Source: Podarcis tiliguerta
Lineage: Eukaryota
Assembly: GCA_965153285.1 (NCBI GenBank)
Contig: OZ229115.1
Strand: one strand, 5' to 3'
DNA length: 64,000 nt
Position 1 is the stretch's first letter. Every line of letters begins with the position of its first letter. Shown in pieces: positions 37,798 through 51,793 of the stretch. Both the position numbers and the translations under genes were made by a program. The notes below the pieces were generated by a model that had not been told where the DNA came from, did no database searches, and saw only the letters and a program-made list of their open reading frames with translations.

Positions 37798-40700
37798 GTA
37801 ATGGTACATCAGATATATATTATGTGGAATGTAAATGGAATGCTTCTGCATGCTACTGTCCTAGTGAGCTTATATGCTGCTATAACCCCATTTAGGCATT
37901 CTGGTGCTAACTTTGTCAATTAAAATGAGCAGCAAGTGTTTTTTAAACATTATCTCAAAGCGTCATCCTAGATATATCTACTCAGAAGTAAGTTCTCTTG
38001 AGCAGAATTTACTTCCAGGTAACTCTGTGTAGAACTGCAATCTTAGTGAAGTTGGTCTAGTTCTGCTGCATGATAGTATAAAATAGCTTTAAACTTACTT
38101 TTAAAAGATAGATAGTGACCAGAATTTAAAGAATCCCATGTTTTTAGCAATTTGTTTTAGTGGTGTGCAGCTTTTTATGCTGCATCCAATAATGTTCTCA
38201 TTTTCCTGATCAGCATTCTGGACTGGAGCTGCAGAAAACATGCCCAATTATTTACATCCAACATGTTATTCTGTCCTCAAAGAACTGAACATGATGAAAT
38301 AACTAATCTGACAATCCCTCAGTTTCACTTGAACTTCAAAATCCATCTTTCTGCATGGGAAAGTTATTTCTAGCTCTTTTTGGTCTCTGAAAATTTCAGT
38401 AGGATATAATCTAAATATCAGCCCAGAATATAATGTGTATTGCATTTGTGTAGTGTCTATGCAAGACACAGGGGTGTTTTCTTGTTGTGCCTAAACTGGA
38501 ACATTGTGCCTCGTAGCAGTGCTAAGCTAGAGAGGACTTTGGGGACAGAAAAAAGGTTATAAATCTTTAATAGCTGTTAATAGGCACTTTTAATGATGCA
38601 TTTGCCATATGAAGGCTTCTTGAAACTTCTGAGTGGCAGCTGCTCCCTCTCAAGGAGCTAAATCATACATTTCCTTTTGTTAAATATATTAGCTGCACTG
38701 CATAGGTGTCTTCACATTACTTCCAGGAATGCTTTTTTCAGAGGTGGGGGGGTAGCGTGGAGACCAGTCTATGTGGTAAGCTGGCCCATATGGGAACAGC
38801 CTGCTGTATGAAGCAGTTGTAAAACAGAAGCAACTATAAGCACCTTCAATATGACAGCCACAGGAGAATCCGTCCTGAGGTTGATAGACCTATAGCTTAT
38901 GGTAGCTCTCTGTATTTCTATTTGTTTTAGAAAGGGCCTCAGGATTTATTTGAAAAATATATATTCTAAGAGTAACCAACTGTTTCATAGAAGTTGAATT
39001 ATTTTTCAGTTCACCATTCAGAGAGAATGGGCATGCAGTTGCTGTCTCAACTTTTTCTAAATAATTTTTAAAGCTCTGATTGGTTGTTCTGATAAATCAG
39101 TGTGCAGTGTATTCGGCATATGAAGAAGCCTTCCTCCAAAATAAAATGCTACTATTGTTTTAAACAGCATCTTACAGTGTCGTCCTAGACATATCTATCT
39201 ATCTAGATACATAGAGATAGATATATATACATATATACATGTAGATACCAGTGACATTTGAATGTCATTCTGTTTAAACAATTGCCTTAATGGGGTTGTA
39301 ATTATAGCATGGATTCAGTAACTGCAGCTTAAAACATTGTGATCCTGTGCATGAAGCATGAAGACATTGTTTATTAAATGCTTGTGCTGTTTAATTCTTT
39401 AATTGTAAGAGAGATATTGGGGGTAGAAATGTCAGTTGTTTTCCTGAATCTGGTAGGTAAAATGAGATGCTTGCACCTTTCTCAAATTAAACCTGATTTT
39501 ATTTTATTTTGAAACATCAAGCAGAATAAAGGTAATTCAAAAGCTTTGCAAAAGATCTGTTCAGGGCACTGTTGGTCTAAACCCTCTCAGTGTGTTATAG
39601 AAAAAAAATGTGACCTGTTATTTCTAGCTAAGATAGCAGTCACAGCTTTCACATTAAATATCACAAAACTGTTTCACTCACTCATTTAAATTTAACTCTA
39701 TTTTGTGTTCATATTTTGTGACATTGGACTCTTACTCTTTTTCTCAAGAACTGAATGCATATGTACGTAGATATCTGTTTTGACTTTCCATGTTTATTCA
39801 TTTTTAAACCCAGCCAGATGGGTGGGGTATAAATAATATATATATATTATTATTAAATTAAAAAGCAATAATCAGGTTGGAGCTAAGGCAACAGACCAAA
39901 CCTATGGCTTGCCTGTAAAAAATGGTGTTGAGTGTAAGTGTAAAGAGCTTTATTCAACATTGTATATCTGTATAGGACTCTCATGGTTTTGCATGGCACT
40001 GAAGTGCTAAATAGAAGCGCGGGATTTGTACCAACAAAACTACTGTTTCCCAGTACCAGTGGGAAGAGCCCTGTGCTCACATTGCAGATTGTGGGGTCCT
40101 GCATAATGTTCAGCTCATGAAAGTACCACAGTCACTATTGTCTACAATGTCAATGGGCAAGGGTCAGTATGGCATGAAGACCTGAGTGGAGTTAGATTGC
40201 CCAGGTCAGATATTCAAGGGCACAAAGTAGGTGTTTATAGTATCAAATTGCAAAATAGAAAAAGAAAAACCCTCCATATTACATCTGTTAAATTTGTGGA
40301 TTATCTGAAAAGTATGATGAATGTCCTGAATATCCTGTGGAATAACTATGTAATGTTGCCTTAGAAAGCCATTTGTCTTTTTTAAAAAAATCACCTTAGT
40401 TATATACAGATTGTGAAAACATACCTTTATTTAAATCAGATTATAAAGCAGTTTGCTTATAGAACATCTGCCCATGGGAAATGGAGATTTTATTTTCAAT
40501 AAATACCTAGTCTACAAAAATATAAATATGAGTCAGAACAGTAGATGAACTGGCCATATTTTTTCACCACAGATTTTGTAAGTCAATGAAATGTTGTGAA
40601 TTTTGAGAATCCGAAACCGTTTTTATGGGATCCAGAATGTTATCATGGATGCCATGATAACATGACACTGAGTATGTAAAAAATGGGTTCAGGTAATTAG

Positions 40701-40986
40701 AGGAGCTCTAAACAATTTTTCATGGGTTTGTTTGGGTGTGGGTAGTGACATTTATACCATAGGTCAACAACTGGTCATTTGTGAGCTGGATTCTCCGCTA
40801 CATAATCATTTCTGTCACAGCTTCATGCTAGCTTGAAACAATTTCACGGAGAAATGAAGAGGTTGTGTCAGATAAACAAACACATTGTTAATCACCTATG
40901 GCATATGGGTTATTAAAGCAGAAGAGATCTGTTGCTTATAAACACCAGTGCAAAGTTTTAGTAATGTTGCTTGCATCTCTTTCTAG

Positions 40987-41065
40987 GACAGATGGGCGTC
41001 GTTGGTCTCTGGCCTCCCTCCCCTCATCTGGATATGGAACAAACACTCCCAGTTCAACAGTTTCA
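40987..41065 (+). CDS. MAST2: MAST2 exon ([26 protein letters not shown]), start of DUF1908
   Basis: ttctag|...|gtaagt, 79 nt. Confidence 0.97.
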
Positions 41066-41482
41066 GTAAGTAAATTTTCACAATGGTTAGTTAATTAGTA
41101 AAGTACTTCTAATTCTTCTTGTTTCCAATAGTTAATGGTGATTTCTACCTGTTATTTTACTACATGCATTATAACTTGTCAATTTGACAATCACTGTTTT
41201 TGTGACTCTTCTGTAGTGGGACTTCAAAAGTATTTCAAATAAATTTCCCTCTATCAGGTTTCAAAGGACTGATACATAATTCAGTGGAAGATTAAACATT
41301 TGCAGATCTCAATGAGGTGTCCTAAACCATATTTATGCAGCTGATGACCTCTGAAAGACCATGACTTTAGGACTGAACCTAGCCATGTGACAGAGTGTTG
41401 CATGCAAGGCATTACAGTGCCAGCACTTGCCAGTGCTAGTTAAGTTTTTCCTAAAAAGATACTGTGGAGTCCAGTGAGCTGC

Positions 41483-41483
<1 letters not shown>

Positions 41484-41523
<40 letters not shown>
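41484..41523. repeat. (ATT)n microsatellite
   Basis: About 13 units. Confidence 0.95.
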
Positions 41524-41525
<2 letters not shown>

Positions 41526-42397
41526 ATAATATTTGCTGTGTCCAACAGAATCACATGCATATGGAAATCAGTCTGACAGGGATTAATATTTTTTCCATTG
41601 CCAAATGTGAAGTGGATGCTTAAATTTGCCACTGTACTCTGTCCTGAGTTCCTCCAGATTTGGTTTAGACTTGTCCCTTAAGAGTTTGGTAAAGAGATAC
41701 CATTAGTTGAAAGCATTGTTCTGAAGTCTTTAAGTCCTCCAATAATGCAGGGTTTTCTGAGGCACTTAGTACCTCAGGCTGAAAGTTGTTAACAGATATT
41801 TTAATTGCCAGTGCTGCCATCTTGCATCTTTACTTAAAAGCTATTAATCCTGTGACAGTTACAGCATAGATGCAGCCACACCCTCTATCCCACATTTCCA
41901 CCCTGTATCACTAATCCTTGTTTTTATGTAATTTGTCGTTAAGTGAGACAGTAATAACCTACTAAGAGCACTTTTTGAAAATATTATTCATAAAAAATTG
42001 CATGCTCACACAAAAGAAGAACACTGCGAATTAGTAACCCCCCACTTTTTATGGATAGCCTCATATTTTTATAGAAAACTTCAGTTAATTTAATATTTAT
42101 ACTTTTATGCCTCCCTTCATCCCATTATGATTTCAGAGTGGTGAACAAACATAAATCTTGTTACATTCAGTTGTTCAGTGCAGCGGTTGCCAGCAAGTGG
42201 TTCGATGAAGCACGTGAAGAAAAATGGTTAATTCTTGCAGGAATAGTTATTCACTAAAGGAATTCACCAATGACAGCTTGAAGATTCATAAGCATTTTCC
42301 TCTACCTCTTGAAACGAAAGAACTCATGAAGTGTATTCATCTATGTTAAGTCTTGTGCCTCACATTAAGTGTTCCCTTGTATATACTTTGTTCTTAG

Positions 42398-42552
42398 TCA
42401 TCATGTTCATCTCAGGAGAAGCTGCACCAACTGCCTTATCAGCCAACACCAGATGAACTCCATTTCTTGACAAAGCACTTCAGCACAGAGAGCATCACTG
42501 ATGAGGAAGGGCGGCATTCTCCAGCAATGCGCCCCCGATCTCGCAGCCTCAG
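42398..42552 (+). CDS. MAST2: MAST2 exon ([17 protein letters not shown]...MRPRSRSL)
   Basis: ttcttag|...AG|gtgagc, 155 nt. Confidence 0.97.
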
Positions 42553-43817
42553 GTGAGCCTCACACTCTACTTCTGGCATCAGCAATCTGGTTCACCTGCC
42601 TCACTTGCAAGAATAACCACTCCACTGCAACAGCAACAAAACAGCTAAAGGAACTCCTTGTGTAAACCAAGCACAACATGGCTTCCCAGCACAGCCACAT
42701 TAAAATCATGAAGCGTCTCAGTTGCCATTTTGCATCTTTTTGCTGGTACGAACTAATGATTTTTAGGATGCAGTGCCCTTCACTTGAAAGTTCCCTTATG
42801 TCCCAGTACTGGGTAAAGAAAATGTCTTGTTTTCCCACTCTTCTAATCCGATGAGTAGTGCTGCTTGTCCTGTGTTAACCTGCTTGCAATGATCTTGGCC
42901 CTCATTGCCAGATGGAAAAGCTCTAACTGGCAGCTGTGGTTATGCTAAAGGCTTTAATGCTCAAATGAGATCAGTACATAAGGTAATAAACACAAGCCAA
43001 TATGTTGATCCAACAAGTAACATGCCCTCTGCACCTTCCGAATGAAGAACAGGGCAGCCACAGCAATTAGTGTGTCAAACAGCTGGAGTCCCAAGAATGG
43101 ACATTCCTTTGAACGAGTTGGCTTGCATCTGCACTGGTGTCTGTGTCCATGGAAATGGAGGTGGAGTCCAGACCCCCTCAGCATCAGACTTACTCTCAGT
43201 TGCCACTCCAGAAGGGGAAAGCTCATCACTAAGAGGGAGAAGTGGTTCCATAGGAGGTGGTGTGAGGCTAAGGCTGTCCAGTGCCACAGAGGTGGGACGC
43301 TTCTTCGACAACCTACTCAGCTCCTCCCCGCCATCTTAATTTCTGTCCCCTAAGCCACTGAACCATCACTCCCTGGGATCAGACACTTCTTACAGATGAG
43401 ACATTTCTTTGTAGTTTCCCAGGCTAAAGCCAATCATGCAATATGCTTCATCACACTCTTTCCACAATCAAGTAGTCATTTGATTTGACAAGGTTTATTT
43501 CTAATGCCAGTTTTATTGCTAGCCTGGATAGCTACTAGTATGTTTAGCTGTTCTAAGTTTTGGAGAAGAGACTCTGTTGTCCAGCTATTTATTTACATCT
43601 TTAACACTTCCACTGTTCCTATGACTATTGTCCAATCTGTAGGTAGAGTACTATATTTGATTGATAAACCAGTACTAAAACATGTCAAACATTAATCTTT
43701 GTAAATTTAATCTATTGGTATTTTTTAAAATGTAAGCTATTTTTGTTCCTATAACTTTTTCTAAAGACAGCTGATAGTGATCATTATTGTATAAATTATG
43801 CTTCTAATCCAGGGTAG

Positions 43818-43930
43818 TCATAAGAATCATAGGGTTGTGGAGTTGGAAGGGACCACAAAGGTCATCTGGTCCAACCCCCTGCAATGCAGGAGCCTTTTTG
43901 CCCAACATGGGGCTCGAACCCACAACCTTG
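43818..43930 (-). mobile_element. Short tRNA-head/CR1-tail SINE remnant
   Basis: agaatcatag...gagttggaagggacc...tccaaccccctgcaatgcagg...gggctcgaaccc (B-box on - strand). Confidence 0.7.
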
Positions 43931-44466
43931 CCCTCAAAGAATAAACTGAAGAGCTGGTGGAAGTTTAGTTTGTGTACTTTTTATTTAAAAAATTGCCTTC
44001 CCCATGATAGATGTAACCATTAGCTGAAATCTTATAAATTATGCTAATACTTTGTCCTTATGCTTTATACATGAAGTATTTGTCAACATTATAGTTTACT
44101 AAATTATTATTTACATTTATGACTGGAAAAGGCAACATATTTTAAATATAAAACCAAAAAGGGAAAACGTGGCTCTAATTTGCTATAGTTAATCAAGGAA
44201 TGAAGTGTAATTTCTATCTGCATTACCTCATTTTCCCTTAAAGGCTACTTAACGATAGAATGAGTCATAGCATTACATTCTGGCTTCTGTTCTATGATGA
44301 TGAAAGGAAAGGAAATCATGCTGTTTGTGTACCCTGTTAGAATTTAAAATATATTCTTTCAAGCAGTGGTATGGTTCCTTAACATTATATTCAAGATGAT
44401 CAACAGAATTTTCTTGCTGTAACACCTGGTTTACATGCCAGTATGACATATTTTAATCTCTAATCT

Positions 44467-44686
44467 GAGAACCAGTGTGGCTTAATGGTTAGATTGTTGG
44501 ACTATGACTTGGGAGACTAGAGTTCCAATCCTTACTCAGCCATGAAGCTCACTGGGTGACCTTGTGCAAGTCAACATCTCTTAGCCTACCCTACCGCACA
44601 GGGTTGTTGTGAGGATGAAACGGGGAGGAAGATAACTATTTACACCACCTTGAGCTCTTTGGAAGAAAAAGGTGGTATATTAAATA
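44467..44686 (+). mobile_element. tRNA-derived CORE-like SINE
   Basis: A-box tggcttaatgg, B-box gttccaatcc, core gggtgaccttg...cagggttgttgtgagga, A-rich tail. Confidence 0.75.
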
Positions 44687-44855
44687 CCGTATTTTTCGCT
44701 CTATAACACGCACCCGACCATAGCATGCACGTAGTTTTTAGAGGAGGAAAGTCCGTAGGCATGCCACCCGTAGGCATTCCCCCCATAACACGCACAGACA
44801 TTTCACCTTACTTTCTAGGAGGAAAAAAGTGAGTGTTATGGTGCAAAAAATATGG
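44687..44855. mobile_element. CCGTA-type Tc1/mariner MITE inserted in the SINE tail
   Basis: ccgtatttttcgctctataacac / gtgttatggtgcaaaaaatatgg; TA TSD. Confidence 0.85.
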
Positions 44856-45811
44856 TAAATAACTCTCTTATCTATCCATCATGCTCAGTGGTTTCTGAGC
44901 ACATTTGGCCTCACAGCAAGACTCCTGTCTCCACTATTTTTTGGAGACAATGCAAAACTACTGGAAAATTCAAATCACATTGGGTAAAATGCCTCAGTAG
45001 TAATCTTCCCCCACCCTCATTTAAGGAGGAAACAGGTTACGTGAAATCTGTCCTGAAAATCAGGACCTGAGCACATGGTTTGTTCTTCCCCATCTGAACA
45101 AACCATGAATGATAACGAAGGTTTGTTCATATCTTACAGCCCATAGTCAAGGAAAGCAAACTGCAAGCCTGGGTTTGGACAGCATGACAAGCCAATGTCT
45201 GGTTTCTTTAGTCTGGCATGGAAGAAGTGCCAGTCAGTGCTGCCAGTACTGAGCCGAGCAGGCCAGTGGTCTAACCCAGTATGTTGCTAGCATGTAAATT
45301 CACTTTCAGTTTAAAAACTTTAATCTTCCTTTTATACAATGAACTCAAAGTAACTCAAATTAACTTCATAGTACATATTTTAACAACTGCGTTTTCTAAC
45401 AGCTCAGAAACCAATGTTCCTTTCCCCCAGCTGGTTAAATAATTGAGTCTTTACTGTTCGTGAATTTTCAGTGTAAATATGCACAAAAGTATACACTATT
45501 TGTTTGTGCATAGTTGGCCTCACACAGCTGACTGAGGTTGCAAAAGAAAATCCTAATAATATTCCAACCTATACTTAACTAAGGGGTGGGCATATTCTTT
45601 CTTCAGCAATAGCAGCATTGCTGTTGTTTATATTTGTCCGAGGTAGCAAGAGAGAAACTTTGGTAAAGGATATACCTTAACCTTTTATGTGCTTGTGCAC
45701 ACATTCATGTGTAATTACATCAGTGTAGTGATGACTGTAGTTTGCATATATGACACAATCACACTACCTACCATTTCAACCACATTTTAACATTCTTAAC
45801 TTTCTCCCTAG

Positions 45812-45887
45812 TCCTGGCCGTTCTCCAGTGTCCTTTGATAGTGAAATAGTAATGATGAACCATGTATACAAAGAAAGATTTCCAAAG
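45812..45887 (+). CDS. MAST2: MAST2 exon ([25 protein letters not shown])
   Basis: ccctag|...|gtaaga, 76 nt. Confidence 0.97.
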
Positions 45888-46464
45888 GTAAGAACCATTT
45901 TCATAAATTTATTTTTCAGTCCATTTATTGAGGCACTAAGAGCAGATTTCTGATACAAAGACATTCTGCAGTCTTCCAAATCTTAAGGAAAATGGCCCTT
46001 TTTATTTGAAATGAAAATTAAAAAACAGACCCCCATCATTTTTGCAATCAATGAATGAAATCAAACTTATATTGCACTTACACTGAAACTGTAGGTGTTA
46101 TGTAAAAAATCTAGCAAAACACTGTCATCTTGCCCTCATATATGTGGGGAAACTTTTAAAGTTTTAATGATTTGTGATGCAAACAATTTGTTTTGTTTTA
46201 ATGGTAAATATAAGCTGCTATCATGATCTGCATCAGAAAGGGCCATATCTTTGGTGCCATGGTTGAACTGGAAAGAAACAACACATACGGCACAGTAGAG
46301 ACTGTTAAGTGCATTGTTGCATAATTTTTTGTAGGCTGGAGCATTGTTTTGCTGTTTTAAATGTAGTTAAATTATTTTACTCCTTACAAAACACGTTCTG
46401 TCAGTTGCTTTGTAGACTGTTTTGTGTGTATGGAAAAACATACATATCTAGGTTAATGTGTAAG

Positions 46465-46834
46465 GTAAAGGTAAAGGGACCCCGACAATTAAGTCCAGTC
46501 GCAAGTGACTCTGGAGTTGCGGCGCTTATCTTGCTTTACAGGCCAAGGGAGCCAGCGTTTGTCTGCTTCCTCAGACAGTTTTTCTGGGTCATGTGGCCAG
46601 CATGACTAAGCCGCTCCTGGCGCAACCAGAGCAGCGCATGGAAACGGCGTTTACCTTCCCACCGGAGTGGTACCTGTTTATCTACTTGCACTGCGTACTT
46701 TCAAACTGCTAGGTTGGCAGGAGCTGGGACAGAGCAACTGGAGCTCACCCCGTCGTGGGGATTCAAACCACTGACCTTTCGATCGGCAAGCCCAAGGAGC
46801 ACAGTGGTTTAACCCACAGCGCCACCCGCGTCCC
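46465..46834 (-). mobile_element. Sauria SINE, full length
   Basis: Same family as 19778-20128; 15-bp TSD aggttaatgt(g/a)taag with one mismatch. Confidence 0.93.
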
Positions 46835-47597
46835 AGGTTAATGTATAAGATAAACAAATTGCAGGAGGGTCTTACCATTTTGTGGCTTTATGGACATCAT
46901 CCTTCCTAGGAAGGATGTATGGCGCCAACCACACATTCGTAGGACATTCATTAATTAGAACTTAAAGTGGTATTCAACCACTTGGAGTGGATTCGTTGAC
47001 ATTAATGAACATGACCAAGTTATCCATTACTTTCAGTGGGTCTATTCTGTGTAAAACGTAGTTGGATACCACCCAAAGTTTTTCTACTGCAGGACAAATA
47101 GCAACTTTGAGGAGATAGAGATGAGGGGGAAGGTTAAATTTTCCTCTTCCTCTTTACGAAAAAAAACATATCCCACTTCCTACTTCCACAGCTGCTACTC
47201 TGATCTAAATCAGGGCATGGTTATATTGAAGTAAAAACATCTAAAGGGCCAAACTACACATTGTGAAAGATTCCATTTCATCTCCTCCACCTAATATGTA
47301 GTTTAGCCTGTGTATTTCAACCTGTTTCACACCTAGGGTGTTCTAGTTTACTTGAAATTTATTTGTGTGCGTTCGAAATTAGTGCACCTTTCACCTAGAA
47401 ATTGCTTCAACTTCATGACACTGAAGCATTCAAATTAGGAATGGTGGTGATGGAGGACAACGCTTGTTCAGTCTCTGTAGCCAAAATTCCTAAACATTCA
47501 AACAAAACCCATGAGTTAGATTTGATATGTTTACTTCAGTTCAAATGTAGATATTTTCATAGCAAAATGTCTGTAAATATTCTTCTACATTGTTTAG

Positions 47598-47807
47598 GCC
47601 ACAGCCCAGATGGAGGAACGGCTGGCTGAGTTTATTGCATCCAGCGCACCAGAGAACGTGCTACAGCTAGCAGATGGGGTCCTAAGTTTCATTCACCATC
47701 AAGTTATTGAATTGGCCAGAGACTGCTTGGATAAATCACGTGAAGGACTTATTACTTCTCGGTACTTTTATGAATTGCAGGAAAACCTTGAGAAGCTCCT
47801 GCAAGAT
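47598..47807 (+). CDS. MAST2: MAST2 exon ([12 protein letters not shown]...LEKLLQD)
   Basis: gtttag|...|gtaagt, 210 nt, DUF1908. Confidence 0.97.
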
Positions 47808-50800
47808 GTAAGTATTTAATTCACAGGCTATCAGCTTCAGCCTGCCTTGCTGTAACCTGAAATAATTCACATGGCAACCCTCCACATGGTGCAGGCTACA
47901 TCCACAAAGCACAGGGGCAAACAGAACGCACTATATAGGTGCTTCAGAGCAACACCCCACCCCAGTTAATTCAAGCCACAGCCCATCTAAGTGGAGAAGA
48001 AAACATTTGCTTCATTCAAATAGTGAGGGGATTATTTATACCTAATGTGTGAAACTCAATTTATATGTTAGATTTAAGTAGCTTTTGATGTTATGGTTTA
48101 GTTTTATTTTGTATTTAAATTGTTTATATTTTAACTATCGGAAGACACCCAGTGAATATTATGTAATGAGGCGTTGTGCCATAAATAAATGAGTAGAGTT
48201 TACCACATTTATCCAGATCTATATTTATTAACCTCCCATTGTTTCTGGACTGTCCTTCTACAGGAGGAGCTAATGAGATCTGAGTTGTCAGGGGGAGCTG
48301 GTACTTGTTAATCCCTCCCCCCCCCCCAAATTGGCCACCTCTACAAAAGAAGGCATAAAGATTAGGTAGTGGGAAGAAATATATTCGGGATAAATGTTAA
48401 TGTACCTGAAAGGGGCAGGATAAAGGAGAGTCTGTAGGATTCCTGTTATGAAGAAAAGCGAGACACTCCCATTTCCCCTCCTCTTCTTCCTTTGCTCTAA
48501 AAATACTGGCCTCCAAGTTTATTATGTAAATACCCTCCTGCATAGTCTACCTTCTGTTATGACTGCATACATCCCAGATTTCTCATAACAAAGTCTCTGT
48601 TTCTCACAAACTCAGGGTTCATTTTAAACCAGTCAATTGTAGAAAGAATCAGCCTTGTAGGTGTACTATATTCTTGGTTGAAGAAGAACGAATACAGTCC
48701 AGTTAAGTTAGGCACTCTTAATTTGTAGGTCTCACTGAAAGTCCTAAACATATGCTGAAATCAGTCATAGATGAAAGCACTTGATTGTGGTGGGACTGCA
48801 TCTAGCATTTGTAAAATCTCCCAAACACCATTTACTACAAATGGAATTGTTGGACTACAACTCCTATCATCTCTGACCATGCTGGCTGGAATTAATGGGA
48901 GCTGGAGTCTGACAACATCGGGGGGGGGGGTCATGAGTTATCGAGCCCTGCTTTATTTAGACTGAACAGTTAACCTTTTCTTCTAAAACTGTATTGTTAT
49001 ATAGGATTTATTTGAAAGTTTGGGGAAATGCGACTAGAATTTGATTGTATTTTATGAAAACACATGAGTCAGAATTTTGGAAACAAATACTTACTATATA
49101 TGCATTGAAATTAGCTTTGTTAACTGAAAGATAATAAAAATTGAGAATTAAGAAAAGTAATAACCTTCACACTGAATTACTAGAAAGCATGAAATGCATA
49201 CACATTTGGCTTTGAAAACAAAGAAGAAACAATTGAAAAACTTGTAGATACAGGAAAGCCGCAGAGGTGTTAGTAAGTTTATATCAGTAGTTGCTTGTGT
49301 TGCCCACTTAACCTGAAATCCCGATTAAAGTTGCTGTTCTTAATAGGGTTTAAGTGCATTGGTTCTTGTATGGCTGGCTTGATCTATATCAGTATATTAG
49401 CTCAATTACAGAGTTGTGACTTGAATATCACTGCTGTTGGTCCTGCTAAACCCCAGGGGAGGACAGTGATTTTAATTTCATGCCCCAGTGGCTACAGTTA
49501 GTGACGGATGAGTCTTTCAGATAAGGGAATCACTTTGTAAATTGCCCATTGCTACCTCCAGTACATATGTCACTGGAAATGACTTCGTTTCTATAAACAA
49601 ATGACACAAGCTTCAGCCCATAGCCCTTGTGGTTACCCCACCCCCATCCCTCAAGGAGGCGGGGGGACCTGAAATGACACCCGCAACCTTCAGACAAGCA
49701 TGTTGTCATTGGGAGCTGCTAATTAGATGGCATGCATCATACCAAGGGAAGGGAGGCAAACGATAGGCAGTTGTTTGGCATATAACCTATTCACTGAAGA
49801 TGCAATAAAAGTGGGATGTCTTCTAAACAAGACATTTGGAGAGATGTCGAGGCTATTGTGTGAAATACGGAAACAAGAAACAACGATTTTACTAAGGACT
49901 CTGGAGCTGCAGCACTGTGCAGATATCATGGCTGAGTGGCTGCTACAAGTTGTGTTCATTTTTGTGTTTATGTAATCTTGTTTCTAACTGTTGTGTTTTT
50001 AATTTCTACATAGCTTGACTTTTCAATACTCAGAGCAAATTACAATTTGTAGTAAAACTTTCAATCTAATTCTAGCTATAGCAGTTTTTAAAGTTACTGA
50101 ACGTTTTTATTAACGTAAATGGACATGATCGCATGGCAAACTTCTTAAAATCTGTTTTAAATAAAACTTGTCCTTGTTGGTCTATAAAAATTGTTTTCAG
50201 TATTTAAAACTTTGGTTTCCTTTCTGAATAATCATACTACCTCATATTATGTTTCAATGAGTTTATATATTAGGAGGAATGGTTTTTTAAAACTTTTTTT
50301 TTTTACAAAATCCAAACTAAACCAAATAAAGGAATTGTACAATTTCCTTTAATGGAATGTGAATTACAAATTCTGAAATACTTGGCAAATTTTCATTGCA
50401 ATATGTATCTATATATTGCTTTAGTTTAAGAGATTTGAAATCTTTCCTGTGACATGTTGAGTGAAGGGCTTATGTACTGTGCATGCATACTCTAAACAGA
50501 TATTGTAAGCAGAATTAGATCCAAATTTGTAAACAGAATTATATACCAAACAGTCATTCTAATATGTGAGCCAAATTAAGTAGTTGGTAATTTCCCCATA
50601 AACAACAGGGTGTGTATGTCTCTTCTTAAATGCATACAGTGGTCTCTGTTTACAGTTTGTGCCAATCTTATTTTTCCACATTCCTTGGTGATGCCAATGC
50701 TTTCTTACTACTTGCCAGTGTATGAATTTTCATTTCTTTTCAGTGAACTTTAGCAAGCAATTTCTTTGTTGCTGGTAGTTACCTGCAGATTTCTTGATTA

Positions 50801-51691
50801 AACGCTTGTGCCTGCAAGCTGCTAAAAAGCTCAGGTTATTTTTTTTTGGTCCCCCATATGGTCTTTGAAACCTGTTTCTGAGTATTATTTATCATTCCAG
50901 TGAACATACCTGTAGTTGTGTTTAATTTCTCTGGAATACCATGAGCTTGAAGAGTGAACTATGTCTTACATGTTCTTTGTATAGCTATTATTGTATTGAG
51001 CTAGGGTGATGGGGAAAAAACATTCTATTCTTTTCTTGTAAAATGTGCACAGAAGATTTAGTGGGCCAACAAAATGCTGACACTCCCAGTGTTTGAATAT
51101 TATGTCATCAATCAACAAATAAAAACATTCGACCGAACCAGTCCATGTGGCTTTATAATGTATTTGTACTATGACATTAATAATAGAATATTGATAGCAT
51201 TCTGCATGCAGCTCTATAGACACCTTGTTCAGCTTACTATTTCCTTTTGGGCCTATTTTTGTGTGCACTGCAGTTTGTTTAATGTCTTCATGGAAGAATT
51301 ATAAAATAGAATATCTTTGAGAGTGGAAGTGAAAAAAATAACACAAAGAAAAGTCAATGTCAAGTAAATCTTGAAATAAAAACCTATTTTGGCATAGGGA
51401 AAAAATCAATGTATAATTAATTAACACTCTTTTTTGAAAGAAAGAAAAACCCTTTTAAAAGTTTCCAGTGAGTTTACTGTGAATAAACCTTCTGCAATAT
51501 TGTTTGTGAATTGGCAGAGAATATTTTAGTGTCAAAACTTTGGCAACACAGAACTTGAAAAAAGGAAAAGGCTGCCTTTCTTCTATCATGCCTTCAGTGA
51601 ATTATAGCTAAATAGCTGATGATAGCTACTCTACTTGATTTATGAGGGACCAATTCTTTGTTTAAACCATGATGTGACATCCTTTCCACAG

Positions 51692-51793
51692 GCTCACGAG
51701 CGATCAGAGAGCTCAGAAGTGGCATTTGTTACCCAGTTGGTGAAGAAGTTGATGATAATCATTGCACGGCCAGCACGATTGCTAGAATGTCTG
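51692..51793 (+). CDS. MAST2: MAST2 exon ([12 protein letters not shown]...ARLLECL)
   Basis: ccacag|...|gtaagt, 102 nt. Confidence 0.97.
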
